From an uncultured Clostridia bacterium (lineage in GTDB: Bacteria > Bacillota > Clostridia > Oscillospirales > Acutalibacteraceae), in assembly GCA_937920235.1 (NCBI GenBank), contig CALGUK010000049.1, forward strand, positions 3,151-67,150: DNA of 64,000 nucleotides, in the 5' to 3' direction. Within the stretch, counting starts at the first letter, position 1. Every line of letters begins with the position of its first letter. A model generated the notes under the pieces. It did not search any database. It was not told the origin of the DNA and saw only the letters and a list, made by a program, of their open reading frames with translations. The position numbers and the translations under genes are program-made. Below, one piece after another: positions 9,895 through 19,208 of the stretch.

Positions 9895-11007
9895 ATGAGG
9901 TTTATATTTGCAGCAGGCGGTACGGGAGGTCATATAAATCCTGCCGTTGCAGTTGCCGGTGAAATAAAAAGACTTGATCCGACTTGTGAAATCCTGTTTA
10001 TCGGAACAGAGGGCAGGATGGAAACGCAAATTGTTCCTAAAGCCGGATTTCCGATAAAAACATTAAAAATGAACGGACTTTCACGCAAACTGTCGATTTC
10101 AGGTATAATCGAAAACATAAAAACAGTTATGCTGACCCTGAAGGCTTCATCAGATGCTGAAAAAATTTTAAGAGAATTTTCTCCCGATGCCGTAATCGGA
10201 TTTGGAGGTTATGTGACAGGCCCCGTGCTCAGTGCCGCTGTGAAGCTCGGAATAAAAACGGCAATTCACGAGCAGAATGCTTTTCCGGGCATTGCAAATA
10301 AAGCGCTTGCAGGAAAAGTGGATAAGGTTATGCTCACTTCTCCCGAGGCCGAAAAGCATATGAAATGTAAATATCCCCCGGTTGTTACGGGGCTTCCCGT
10401 AAGGAGAGAAATTCTGAAAGCCGATCGTGATTTTTCCAGAGCGACTCTCGGATTGAGCAAGGACGATATGCTTGTACTTTCAATGGGAGGCTCTCTCGGA
10501 GCGGATGCCATCAATAATGCAGTAGTTGATATGCTCGGTATACTTCAGTATGAAAAGAATATCTGCTTCCTGCATTCAACGGGAAGATATGGGAAATGGG
10601 TCGGTGACAGACTTAAAGAAAAGGGCATAGCATACGGTAAGGGTACTAATATTGAAATCAGAGAATATATCGATAATATGGATATATGCCTTTCTGCATG
10701 CGATATCGTGATAAGCCGTGCCGGTGCGAGCTCTATATCGGAGATTTCCGCACTTTCAAAGCCGTCAATTCTCATTCCGTCGCCCAATGTTGCAGAAAAT
10801 CACCAGTATCACAATGCGATGACTCTTGCAGGTGACGGCGGAGCGGTGCTTATCGAGGAAAAAGACCTTGACGGTGCTTATCTTGCTCAGAAAATCAAAG
10901 AGATGAAAAACGATAGAACAATTCTCAGAGTTATCTCTGAAAATGCAGGGAAAAAAGCAAAAATCAATGCGCTGACGGAAATCTGCAGAATAATAACATC
11001 CTTGTAA
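9895..11007 (+). CDS. murG: undecaprenyldiphospho-muramoylpentapeptide beta-N-acetylglucosaminyltransferase
   Basis: N-terminal GGTGGHINPAVAVA G-loop and GT28 architecture. Confidence 0.95.
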   Translation: MRFIFAAGGTGGHINPAVAVAGEIKRLDPTCEILFIGTEGRMETQIVPKAGFPIKTLKMNGLSRKLSISGIIENIKTVMLTLKASSDAEKILREFSPDAVIGFGGYVTGPVLSAAVKLGIKTAIHEQNAFPGIANKALAGKVDKVMLTSPEAEKHMKCKYPPVVTGLPVRREILKADRDFSRATLGLSKDDMLVLSMGGSLGADAINNAVVDMLGILQYEKNICFLHSTGRYGKWVGDRLKEKGIAYGKGTNIEIREYIDNMDICLSACDIVISRAGASSISEISALSKPSILIPSPNVAENHQYHNAMTLAGDGGAVLIEEKDLDGAYLAQKIKEMKNDRTILRVISENAGKKAKINALTEICRIITSL

Positions 11008-11069
11008 AATAACAAATTCACCGCCTTCGGCATAGTATGTGACGCGAAGTATTTTGTACTCGGAAGGGC

Positions 11070-12392
11070 GTGTGGAAATTGGAAAAAATCATTGTAAACG
11101 GCGGAAAACGCCTTAAAGGTGAAATCTCGGTTCAGGGCGCGAAAAACAGTGTACTGCCCATTCTTGCGGCAACATTGCTTGTGAACGGTGTCTGTGTTAT
11201 ACATAACTGTCCGATGATTTCAGATGTTGAAGCAACAATAAAAATTCTTACATACCTCGGATGTCGTGTGAACGTTGAGGAGCATACCGTTACGGTGGAT
11301 TCAACCGCTGTCAACAAGAGCGAGGTTCCCGATGAACTTATGAGAGAAATGCGCTCCTCGGTGGTGTTCCTCGGGGGTATTATAGGCAGAACGGGCAGAG
11401 CGGTTCTTTCAACCCCCGGAGGATGTGAAATAGGACTCCGTCCCATAGATCTGCACCTCTCCTCGATAGAAAAACTTGGTGCTGAGGTAAGAAATGAAAA
11501 CGGAAAAATTGTATGCTCCGCTGAGAAAAACGGCCTAAAGGGAACGAGAATAGTGTTGTCGTTTCCGAGTGTGGGAGCAACAGAAAATATTATACTTGCA
11601 TCGGTTCTGGCAAAGGGAACGACTGTCATAACCAATGCGGCAAGGGAACCGGAAATATCAGATCTGGCATCATTTCTTAACAGATGTGGTGCAAAAATAT
11701 ACGGTGCGGGAGACAGCACGGTAAGAATAGAGGGGGTTTCCTCACTTTTCTCCTGTGAACACACGATAATTCCCGACAGAATTGTAGCTTCAACATATAT
11801 TATTGCGGCGGCAATAACAGGGGGCTATGTGCGGATAAACGGCATTGTACCGTCGCATATCGGGCCAATAATTGAACCATTGAGAGAAACGGGCTGTATG
11901 GTCGAAGTCACAGCAGGAAATGTCACAGTCAGAGCACCGTCGCATCTTAAAAGAATAAGAATGATACGCACAATGCCGCATCCCGGGTTTCCCACAGATG
12001 CACAGGCACAGATGATGACGTTGACCACTGTTGCGGAGGGTACCAGCGTATTTGTAGAAAATATATTTGAAAGCCGCTTTAAGCACGTCGGAGAGCTGCT
12101 TCGGTTCGGGGCAAAAATAAGCGTCGAGGGAAGAATGGCTGTTGTTGAGGGCGTGAACCGACTTAACAGCGCAGATGTAAAAGCCACTGATTTGCGCGGC
12201 GGGTCTGCAATGATTCTTGCAGGACTGTGTGCGGAGGGTGTTACCGAGATTTCAAGGATACACCATATAGACAGAGGATATGAAAAACCCGAGAAAGTTT
12301 TAAGTCTTCTCGGTGCAGATATAAAAAGGGTGAAAAGTGATGAAAAATACTCAAAATTCAAGGAAGAATCAGCAGTCGGGAATGTCCAATAA
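11070..12392 (+). CDS. murA: UDP-N-acetylglucosamine 1-carboxyvinyltransferase
   Basis: KNSVLPILAATLL N-terminus. The active-site loop GGCEIGLRPIDLH retains the catalytic Cys. GTG start. Confidence 0.93.
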   Translation: MWKLEKIIVNGGKRLKGEISVQGAKNSVLPILAATLLVNGVCVIHNCPMISDVEATIKILTYLGCRVNVEEHTVTVDSTAVNKSEVPDELMREMRSSVVFLGGIIGRTGRAVLSTPGGCEIGLRPIDLHLSSIEKLGAEVRNENGKIVCSAEKNGLKGTRIVLSFPSVGATENIILASVLAKGTTVITNAAREPEISDLASFLNRCGAKIYGAGDSTVRIEGVSSLFSCEHTIIPDRIVASTYIIAAAITGGYVRINGIVPSHIGPIIEPLRETGCMVEVTAGNVTVRAPSHLKRIRMIRTMPHPGFPTDAQAQMMTLTTVAEGTSVFVENIFESRFKHVGELLRFGAKISVEGRMAVVEGVNRLNSADVKATDLRGGSAMILAGLCAEGVTEISRIHHIDRGYEKPEKVLSLLGADIKRVKSDEKYSKFKEESAVGNVQ

Positions 12393-13266
12393 TGAGCGAA
12401 TAATTCAAAGGACAAATCAGCGCAAAAAAAAGAATAAAAGGAAAAAAATAGTTTTCCGTCTGGTCATCGGATGTCTTTTTCTCTGCATAGGTGTTGTGTC
12501 GGCACTTGCATTGTTCTTCAATATAAATCAGATCACCGTAACGGGTGATGTGGTATATTCGGAAAGTGAAATAATCAAGGCTTCAGGCATTGAAAAAGGA
12601 GACAATCTCATTTTCCTTTCTTCTGAAATACTTAATAAGAAAATTTCCGAAAAGCTTCCGTATGTGAACAGTATCAGAATAAAACGACGTCTTCCGTCAA
12701 CACTTGAAATAGTTGTTGAAAAAACAGAACCGTTTATGGCTGTTGAATCTGACGGATATTATATTCTTCTTAATGCGGACGGTAAGGTGCTTGAGAAAAA
12801 TCTTGAAACCGTCGGTGAGGGCATCGTGCTGGCTAATCTTGGTGAGTTTGATTCGGCAGAGATCGGTGAAATTATCGGTGTTGCTGATGAAAAAGCTCTT
12901 ACAAAAATCGACACGTTAAAGGAATCCTGTGAGGAGATAGGCTTTGAGGGAATTTCATTACTGGATGTTTCTGATCTTTATAACATAAAAATGGTTTATC
13001 AGGACAGAATAACTCTTGTATTAGGTGAAACACGCAGAACCACTCTGAGCTCAAGACTTGCTTTTGCAAAAGCTGCAATTGAAACGCAAAACGAAGAAAA
13101 CGATATGTACAGGGGAACGCTGAATCTTATCGTTGACGGCAAGGCATATTGGTCTGAAGAAGTTCCGACAACGGCAGTGCCCGAAGAAGAATTCATCGAA
13201 GAGGAGATTCCCTCCGAAACACAGGAAAATGTCGAAAAAGAGGAGGAACCCTCTTCGGCGGGATAA
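12340..13266 (+). CDS. ftsQ: cell division protein FtsQ/DivIB
   Basis: Basic N-tail, one TM helix, a POTRA-like segment (NINQITVTGDVVYSESEII) and an acidic C-tail. Overlaps the murA 3' end. Confidence 0.85.
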   Translation: MKNTQNSRKNQQSGMSNNERIIQRTNQRKKKNKRKKIVFRLVIGCLFLCIGVVSALALFFNINQITVTGDVVYSESEIIKASGIEKGDNLIFLSSEILNKKISEKLPYVNSIRIKRRLPSTLEIVVEKTEPFMAVESDGYYILLNADGKVLEKNLETVGEGIVLANLGEFDSAEIGEIIGVADEKALTKIDTLKESCEEIGFEGISLLDVSDLYNIKMVYQDRITLVLGETRRTTLSSRLAFAKAAIETQNEENDMYRGTLNLIVDGKAYWSEEVPTTAVPEEEFIEEEIPSETQENVEKEEEPSSAG

Positions 13267-13334
13267 GACAACCGAAAAAGTGTTAAATTTCTGTAAAAAT
13301 TATAAAAAATAAGAAAAAATATATACAATATATA

Positions 13335-13363
13335 TTGCAATAATTTTTAATTAGTGATAAAAT
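13335..13363 (+). promoter_or_regulatory. candidate sigma-A promoter upstream of ftsZ
   Basis: TTGCAA, a 17-nt spacer, then TGATAAAAT (extended -10) in the AT-rich ftsQ-ftsZ spacer. Confidence 0.4.
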
Positions 13364-13419
13364 AAAAACACTAAAATGCATAATTAGGTGTGAAAATATA
13401 CATAGGAGGATGTTTAAAA

Positions 13420-14502
13420 ATGGCATTCGAAATTGATAATCAGTATCAGGACATCGCAAACATTAAAGTTATCGGCGTTGGTGGCGGCGGCGGAAACGCA
13501 GTTGACCGTATGGCTAAAGCAGGTATTTCCGGTGTTGAACTCATCGCAATCAATACTGACCAGCAGGCTCTTGCACGTTCACTCGCTAACTCAACTCTTC
13601 AGATCGGTCAGAAGGTTACTTCAGGCCGCGGCGCAGGTGCAAAACCCGAAATCGGTCAGAAATCTGCTGAAGAGAGCCGTGACGCAATCGTTGAAAAGCT
13701 TGACGGTGCTCAGATGGTATTCGTTACTGCCGGTATGGGCGGCGGCACAGGTACAGGTGCTGCTCCTATAATTGCTGAAATCGCAAAGGACAGAGGAATT
13801 CTTACTGTCGGTATCGTTACAAAGCCTTTTGCTTTTGAAGGCAACCACAGAATGAAGCAGGCTGAAGCAGGTATCGCTGAACTTGCACAGCATGTAGACT
13901 CTCTTATTGTAATCCCTAATGAAAGACTTAAATATGTTTCAGAGCAGAAAATCACTTTTGCAAACGCTTTCAGCATTGCTGATGACGTTCTTCGCCAGGG
14001 TGTTAACTCAGTAACAGACCTTATAACAATGCCCGCTTTCATTAACCTGGACTTCGCTGACGTTACTTCGGTTATGAAGGATGCTGGTCACGCTCATATG
14101 GGTATCGGCCACGCAAGCGGTAAGGATAAGGCTGAGCAGGCTGCAAATTCTGCTATCTCCAGTCCTCTTCTTGAGACAACAATCACAGGTGCTAAGGGTG
14201 TTATCATCAGTATCACTGCTTCTCCCGACATCACTCTTGAGGATGTTGATACAGCAGCAGGCATCGTTCGTGCTCAGGCTGATGAAGATGCAAACATCAT
14301 CTTCGGTGTTGCTTTTGACGAAAAGCTTGACGATGAAATGTTCGTTACAGTTATTGCTACAGGCTTCGGTCTCGACTCAAACGGTGTAGCAAAGAAACCT
14401 TATTATAACGGCGCAATGGATGATGTCAGCTCAAACAGCGGCAACTTTGGTGCGGATGATGATATGGGCGATATCCTTGATCTTTTCAAGAGCAGAAAAT
14501 AA
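13420..14502 (+). CDS. ftsZ: cell division protein FtsZ
   Basis: GGGGGNAV and GMGGGTGTGAAP tubulin signature motifs. ATG 13420 follows an AGGAGGA RBS. Conserved C-terminal peptide DILDLFK. Confidence 0.97.
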   Translation: MAFEIDNQYQDIANIKVIGVGGGGGNAVDRMAKAGISGVELIAINTDQQALARSLANSTLQIGQKVTSGRGAGAKPEIGQKSAEESRDAIVEKLDGAQMVFVTAGMGGGTGTGAAPIIAEIAKDRGILTVGIVTKPFAFEGNHRMKQAEAGIAELAQHVDSLIVIPNERLKYVSEQKITFANAFSIADDVLRQGVNSVTDLITMPAFINLDFADVTSVMKDAGHAHMGIGHASGKDKAEQAANSAISSPLLETTITGAKGVIISITASPDITLEDVDTAAGIVRAQADEDANIIFGVAFDEKLDDEMFVTVIATGFGLDSNGVAKKPYYNGAMDDVSSNSGNFGADDDMGDILDLFKSRK

Positions 14503-14519
14503 TCTGATATAAATAACAG

Positions 14520-14551
14520 CAAGACGGAGGAAATCTCCGTCTTGTTTTTTT
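14520..14551 (+). terminator. rho-independent terminator after ftsZ
   Basis: Perfect hairpin caagacggag / ctccgtcttg followed by TTTTTTT. Confidence 0.85.
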
Positions 14552-14567
14552 CTGTCAGTATATTCCA

Positions 14568-14596
14568 TTGACTTTTACTGTGAAATATTGTATATT
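14568..14596 (+). promoter_or_regulatory. candidate sigma-A promoter of the cohesin/dockerin gene
   Basis: TTGACT, a 17-nt spacer, then TATATT. Confidence 0.4.
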
Positions 14597-14614
14597 TTTG
14601 TTGGGTGAATAATT

Positions 14615-15262
14615 ATGAAAACTATGAAGTATACGGCAGCAGTTCTGTCGTTTGTATTGCTTTTATCCTGCATTTTCTCATTTAGCGTCAGTGCGGCTGA
14701 TGTGACTTATTCGGCTACAAACGTGTCGGGAAAACAAGGAAACACGGTAATTGTAACAGTTAAAATATCCTCCGATAAAAAAATATGGGGTGCAAATGTC
14801 TCTTTGGGGTATAATTCGTCAGAATTGCAGTATGTGAGCAGTGAAATGGGAGATAGTGCCTCACAAGGCAGCTTGTTCAATACGGGATCTGCAGTCAATT
14901 TCTCGGGTACCTTCTCCAATACATCCGGAACGGTTTTTACAGTAACCTTTAAGGTTCTCAAATCGTCAGGAACATCTTCGGTAACCTTAAAAAGCACAGA
15001 AAATATTGATTATAACGGAGCATCATATTCATGTTCATCGGTAAACGGCTCGGTAACCGTTCTCCCGGCTTCAACTGTTATGGGTGATGCTGACGGAAAC
15101 GGAAATGTTGATGCCTTGGATGTGCGTTATGCACTACAGCATGCCGCAAGGTTTAGGACACTCACAGGTGTTAAGTTTTCCTGCTCGGATATGAACGGTG
15201 ACGGTGAGATTACCGCGACTGATGTACGATACATTCTTCAGAAAGCGGCAGGCTTAATATGA
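14615..15262 (+). CDS. secreted protein with cohesin-like domain plus C-terminal dockerin
   Basis: Signal peptide ending in SVSA-AD. Cohesin-like beta-sandwich sequence (GNTVIVTVKISSDKKIWGANVSLGYNSSELQYV...FTVTFKVLK). Two dockerin Ca-loops (DADGNGNVDALDVRY and DMNGDGEITATDVRY). Confidence 0.8.
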   Translation: MKTMKYTAAVLSFVLLLSCIFSFSVSAADVTYSATNVSGKQGNTVIVTVKISSDKKIWGANVSLGYNSSELQYVSSEMGDSASQGSLFNTGSAVNFSGTFSNTSGTVFTVTFKVLKSSGTSSVTLKSTENIDYNGASYSCSSVNGSVTVLPASTVMGDADGNGNVDALDVRYALQHAARFRTLTGVKFSCSDMNGDGEITATDVRYILQKAAGLI

Positions 15263-15270
15263 AAATATCA

Positions 15271-15305
15271 AAAGCGGAGTTTTTATTTGAACTCCGCTTT
15301 TTCTT
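15271..15305. terminator. bidirectional terminator between convergent genes
   Basis: Perfect 10-bp hairpin aaagcggagt / actccgcttt, with T-runs on both strands. Confidence 0.8.
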
Positions 15306-15308
15306 TCG

Positions 15309-15551
15309 TTATTCATTTTCGTCAATTGAGAGAGAAAAATCGTTTTCGCTGAATTTGTCAAGCGGTTTTGCTCTTCTCGGCTGTCTTTTAAGCGGGTCAT
15401 AACGGAATTTTCTGCAGGTAAAATTCACGTCAACAACACCTGTTTTTCTGCACAGCACGGTTTCGCCGTCAGATGAAATCTTGCCGTGCTCACAATACGC
15501 ACAAACGGGTGTGACATTGTTTTTATCAAAAATTTTTTTCAAATATATCAC
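15309..15551 (-). CDS. small Cys4 (zinc-ribbon-like) hypothetical protein
   Basis: 80-aa ORF with a CxxC...C...C pattern. It lies 23 nt downstream of ylbJ on the same strand. GTG start with a weak RBS. Confidence 0.45.
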   Translation of the reverse strand: MIYLKKIFDKNNVTPVCAYCEHGKISSDGETVLCRKTGVVDVNFTCRKFRYDPLKRQPRRAKPLDKFSENDFSLSIDENE

Positions 15552-15574
15552 CTTAATTCTTTTGTTTTATTATA

Positions 15575-16642
15575 TCATATTATCTTCTTTCTATCAATAT
15601 CAAAAATCATAATAACACACATTGTCAGGAAAATAAAAAGCGACGGCAGAGATACGGAAAAAACAAAAGGAGAATTTCCGACGGCTTGCGACGAAACTTC
15701 CGTGGCAGATGGAAAAACAATAAGAAGACAATGACAAATCAAGGCTGATAAAAGGCCACAGATTATTCTGCCGACAAGAAAATAAACGTACTTCAATCCG
15801 ATTTTTTTAAGAAAATTCATAACCTGAAAATGAACACATATTCCGCCGAAGCCTATTATTCCTGCTATTATCGGTACAGAGGTTTTTCCTGCGAGAAGTG
15901 TGCAGCCCTTTGTCACCTCGAGGAGGGATATTACGGTGTTATATGCAATGTCGGGTAAATTAAGCGTCCGTATGCAGCTTGCTACCGAGCTGAACAGAAT
16001 AATCCAGGCACATATATTCATAAGGCTTTGTATCGCTTCTCCGACTGCGTCAGACAGCGAGTAATTACGGTTCATCTCCGAGAATTCGGATGCAGATGAG
16101 CTTTTTCCTTTTTTTGAAAAAAATGATGACATAATTCCGAGCAGAACAGAAGAAATACAAAGCGATATATAGATTATGATACCTGATTTTACGTTTCCGA
16201 GCATAAGTGCTCCTACACCGCTGATTACAAAAGCAGGACCTGCATTTATGCAAAAAAATCCCAGCCTCTGAGCCTGATTCTGAGTGATCAAGCCTTCATC
16301 ATAAAGATCACTTGCACCCTTTAACCCCAGGGGAAAGCCTCCTGTCATAGAAATCAGAATTACCGGAATTGTGCAGGCAGGCTGATGAAAAATAACCCTT
16401 GCCAAAACTGTGAGGATTTTAGCAGAAAAGCGAAATTTATCCGATTTTACAATATAAGAGGATAAAACTGCAAAAGGAAAAAGAGACGGAATAACGGTGT
16501 TGAAACATATCTTTATACCTTGAGTTATACCGTCCTTTACGGTCAGCGGAAAGCGGAACATAAAGTAAAAACATAAAATTATTATTAAAGTTGTGAAAAA
16601 CTCTTTTCTTATTTTTATAACAGCCATAAACTCACATCCCAT
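15575..16642 (-). CDS. ylbJ: sporulation integral membrane protein YlbJ (nucleoside-recognition/Gate domains)
   Basis: Polytopic membrane protein with YlbJ-like length and sequence. The start could instead be the ATG at 16627. Confidence 0.8.
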   Translation of the reverse strand: MGCEFMAVIKIRKEFFTTLIIILCFYFMFRFPLTVKDGITQGIKICFNTVIPSLFPFAVLSSYIVKSDKFRFSAKILTVLARVIFHQPACTIPVILISMTGGFPLGLKGASDLYDEGLITQNQAQRLGFFCINAGPAFVISGVGALMLGNVKSGIIIYISLCISSVLLGIMSSFFSKKGKSSSASEFSEMNRNYSLSDAVGEAIQSLMNICAWIILFSSVASCIRTLNLPDIAYNTVISLLEVTKGCTLLAGKTSVPIIAGIIGFGGICVHFQVMNFLKKIGLKYVYFLVGRIICGLLSALICHCLLIVFPSATEVSSQAVGNSPFVFSVSLPSLFIFLTMCVIMIFDIDRKKII

Positions 16643-16728
16643 AAAATATATTAAAATTTACTTTGCGAAATGAATTATTTTACTGCCGAATCATATAATT
16701 CTATGAACAGAATATGTGAGGTGTCGGA

Positions 16729-16998
16729 ATGTCACAAAAAAGAAAAGAGAAAAAATCCGTTAAGGACAGTTTTTTGTCGGAATTTTTTGCCGACGAGCCT
16801 AAAATTGAAATGCTCGGTAATAGGGAACTTATAATTGACGGCTGTAAAGGGATTGTTGAGTACGGAGAAAATCTTATAAAATTAAGTCTCGGTGAGTCGG
16901 CTGTTTCAATCTGCGGAAACAATCTTGTTATTACCTCGTTTGACAGAAGAGTAGCAATTATAAACGGTAAAATCGGTGAAATATCCTTTATATCATAG
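16729..16998 (+). CDS. yqfC: sporulation protein YqfC (YabP family)
   Basis: 89 aa. LGNRELIIDGCKGIVEYGENLIKL... is typical of YabP/YqfC. Directly followed by yqfD. Confidence 0.88.
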   Translation: MSQKRKEKKSVKDSFLSEFFADEPKIEMLGNRELIIDGCKGIVEYGENLIKLSLGESAVSICGNNLVITSFDRRVAIINGKIGEISFIS

Positions 16999-18186
16999 GT
17001 GATTATATTGATTATCAGATTTTTAAGATTCTTTTTCGGGTATATAAATTTCAGAGCATACGGCGGATTTTCGGACAGATTTTTAAATCTGTGCACAAGA
17101 GATGCGATTCCTTTATGGAATATAAAAAATGTCAAGGGAAATATATCAGCATCAACTACTATTGAGGGTTATCTGTCAATTCGTAAGCCTGCACGGAAAT
17201 CAGGTATGAAGGTGATATGCCTTGAAAAGAAAGGTCTTATATTTTTTATGAAGAAAAATAAAGTCCGCGTCGGACTCCTTGCGGGTCTTATATTTTGCGC
17301 CGGTGTGACCTTTTTGCTTTCGCAGTTCGTGTGGAGCGTTTCTTTGGTTGGCAATATATCGCTTGAAGAGGATTATATTCTCGAAAGCTTTGCACGTCAC
17401 GGCATAAAGGTGGGTGTCCCGATTTCATCACTGGATGAAACAGATGCGGTGTCGTTGGTGCAGAGCGAAATTGACGAATTATCGTGGGCAGCAGTTAACA
17501 GAAAGGGTACAACGGTTGTGATTGAGGTCAGAGAGCGTACTGCAGAGCCCGAAATGTATGACAGCGAAACACCTACAAATCTTATTGCCTCAGAAGACGG
17601 TGTGATTGTCAGCATAGATGCTCTCTACGGAAACGAGGAAGTCAAACCCGGCTCGGCAGTAACAAAGGGTGATTTGCTTATAAGCGGGATAATAACTCTT
17701 GCGGACGGAACGGAAAATACAATTCATGCAGACGGCTACGTAAAAGCACTTGTAAAGAGAGAAAAAGCATTTACGGGTAATGAATACGAGATTTTTGCAC
17801 AAACTAAAGAAAAAACGAGAAAAAGCCTGTTTTTTTTCGGTGTTACAATCCCTTTGGGCAGAGCTGTGCCGCAAACCTTTTTTACAGAGCACAAATCCTT
17901 TGTCGAAAGCAGAAATACCCTTTTGCCTGTGGGATATGTAACAGAATACGGTGCGGAATATGCTGATCAGATTGAACAGCCGGATGCATGTGTGCAGGAG
18001 AAAATTGCACTTTGGCAGAACGCATGTTATGTCAGGGAGCTTCTCGGATTTAGTGAGATTAGAAACTCCTCGGTGAAAAGAAATGAGACCGGAGGAAAAA
18101 CAAAATTTGTATTTTCCGGTGAATGCATGCAGGAAATAGGTGTTTTACAGGAAATTTATGTAGAAAAAAGTGATGACAATACATAA
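16999..18186 (+). CDS. yqfD: sporulation protein YqfD
   Basis: 395 aa. N-terminus FFGYINFRAYGGFSDRFLNLC plus a mid TM helix matches the YqfD family. GTG start abuts the yqfC stop. Confidence 0.88.
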   Translation: MIILIIRFLRFFFGYINFRAYGGFSDRFLNLCTRDAIPLWNIKNVKGNISASTTIEGYLSIRKPARKSGMKVICLEKKGLIFFMKKNKVRVGLLAGLIFCAGVTFLLSQFVWSVSLVGNISLEEDYILESFARHGIKVGVPISSLDETDAVSLVQSEIDELSWAAVNRKGTTVVIEVRERTAEPEMYDSETPTNLIASEDGVIVSIDALYGNEEVKPGSAVTKGDLLISGIITLADGTENTIHADGYVKALVKREKAFTGNEYEIFAQTKEKTRKSLFFFGVTIPLGRAVPQTFFTEHKSFVESRNTLLPVGYVTEYGAEYADQIEQPDACVQEKIALWQNACYVRELLGFSEIRNSSVKRNETGGKTKFVFSGECMQEIGVLQEIYVEKSDDNT

Positions 18187-18239
18187 AAAGTGTGCTAAAA
18201 TATAATGAAAATATACTAATTTAAGTTGTGAGCAGGTGA

Positions 18240-19208
18240 GTGAATTTGTTTGAACAGATAATCAATGTTGACAGAATGGAGCAAACAGTCAGCCTTTTTG
18301 GCAGCTTTGATGAAAATATCAGACTTATTGAGGCTCAGTACGGAGTAAAAGTTGTCAGCAGAGGCTCTGAAATAAAAGTCAGTGGAGATGCCGAAAATGT
18401 TTCTAAAGCAGTCAGAGCGATAAACGGCTTGCTGACGCTTATAAATCGTGGCGAAGCACTTTCAGAGCAGAATGTGAGATATGTGCTCTCCCTTGTGAAC
18501 GAGGGAAATGAGGACAAGCTATGCGAAATGACGGGAGACTGCATCTGTATTACAGCAAAAGGAAAACCGATAAAGCCGAAAACTCTCGGACAGAAAAAAT
18601 ATCTCGATTGCATTAAAAATAATACTATTACTCTCGGGGCAGGACCTGCAGGAACCGGAAAAACGTATCTTGCGGTTGCAATGGCGGTCAATGCTTTCCG
18701 TGCAAAAGAGGTCAACAGAATAATTCTTACCCGCCCGGCTGTTGAGGCAGGCGAAAAATTGGGATTTCTTCCGGGCGATCTGCAACAGAAGGTTGACCCG
18801 TATTTAAGGCCGTTATATGATGCACTTTTTGATATGCTCGGAGCAGAAAGCTTTCAGCGATATCAGGAGAGAGGCAGTATTGAGGTTGCACCCCTGGCAT
18901 ATATGCGCGGACGAACTCTCGACGACAGCTTTATCATTCTCGACGAGGCACAGAATACGACCCGGGAGCAGATGAAAATGTTCCTTACGCGTTTAGGCTT
19001 TAATTCCAAAATTGTTGTTACGGGTGATATAACTCAGATTGATCTGCCCGACGGTAAGAAGTCAGGACTTGTGGAAGCTATGAAAATTCTGAAAGGAATT
19101 GACGATATTGCAATAAATATATTTACGGAAAAAGATGTGGTCAGACATCGTCTTGTTCAGGATATTATCAAGGCATATGAAAGACAGGAAATGAGGAAAA
19201 ATAAATGA
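18240..19208 (+). CDS. phoH: PhoH-like ATPase (YbeZ)
   Basis: Walker A GPAGTGKTYLAV and the conserved LTRPAVEAGEKLGFLPGD segment. The start may be the TTG at 18246, downstream of an AGGTGA RBS. Confidence 0.92.
   Translation: MNLFEQIINVDRMEQTVSLFGSFDENIRLIEAQYGVKVVSRGSEIKVSGDAENVSKAVRAINGLLTLINRGEALSEQNVRYVLSLVNEGNEDKLCEMTGDCICITAKGKPIKPKTLGQKKYLDCIKNNTITLGAGPAGTGKTYLAVAMAVNAFRAKEVNRIILTRPAVEAGEKLGFLPGDLQQKVDPYLRPLYDALFDMLGAESFQRYQERGSIEVAPLAYMRGRTLDDSFIILDEAQNTTREQMKMFLTRLGFNSKIVVTGDITQIDLPDGKKSGLVEAMKILKGIDDIAINIFTEKDVVRHRLVQDIIKAYERQEMRKNK

Noticed and set aside
16643-16728. A sigma-E type sporulation promoter for yqfC (GAATTAT ... CATATAAT).
   Set aside because: The match to the kmATATT-N14-CATACAnT consensus is partial and the spacing is off by one. 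That is not strong enough to annotate without transcription start site data.
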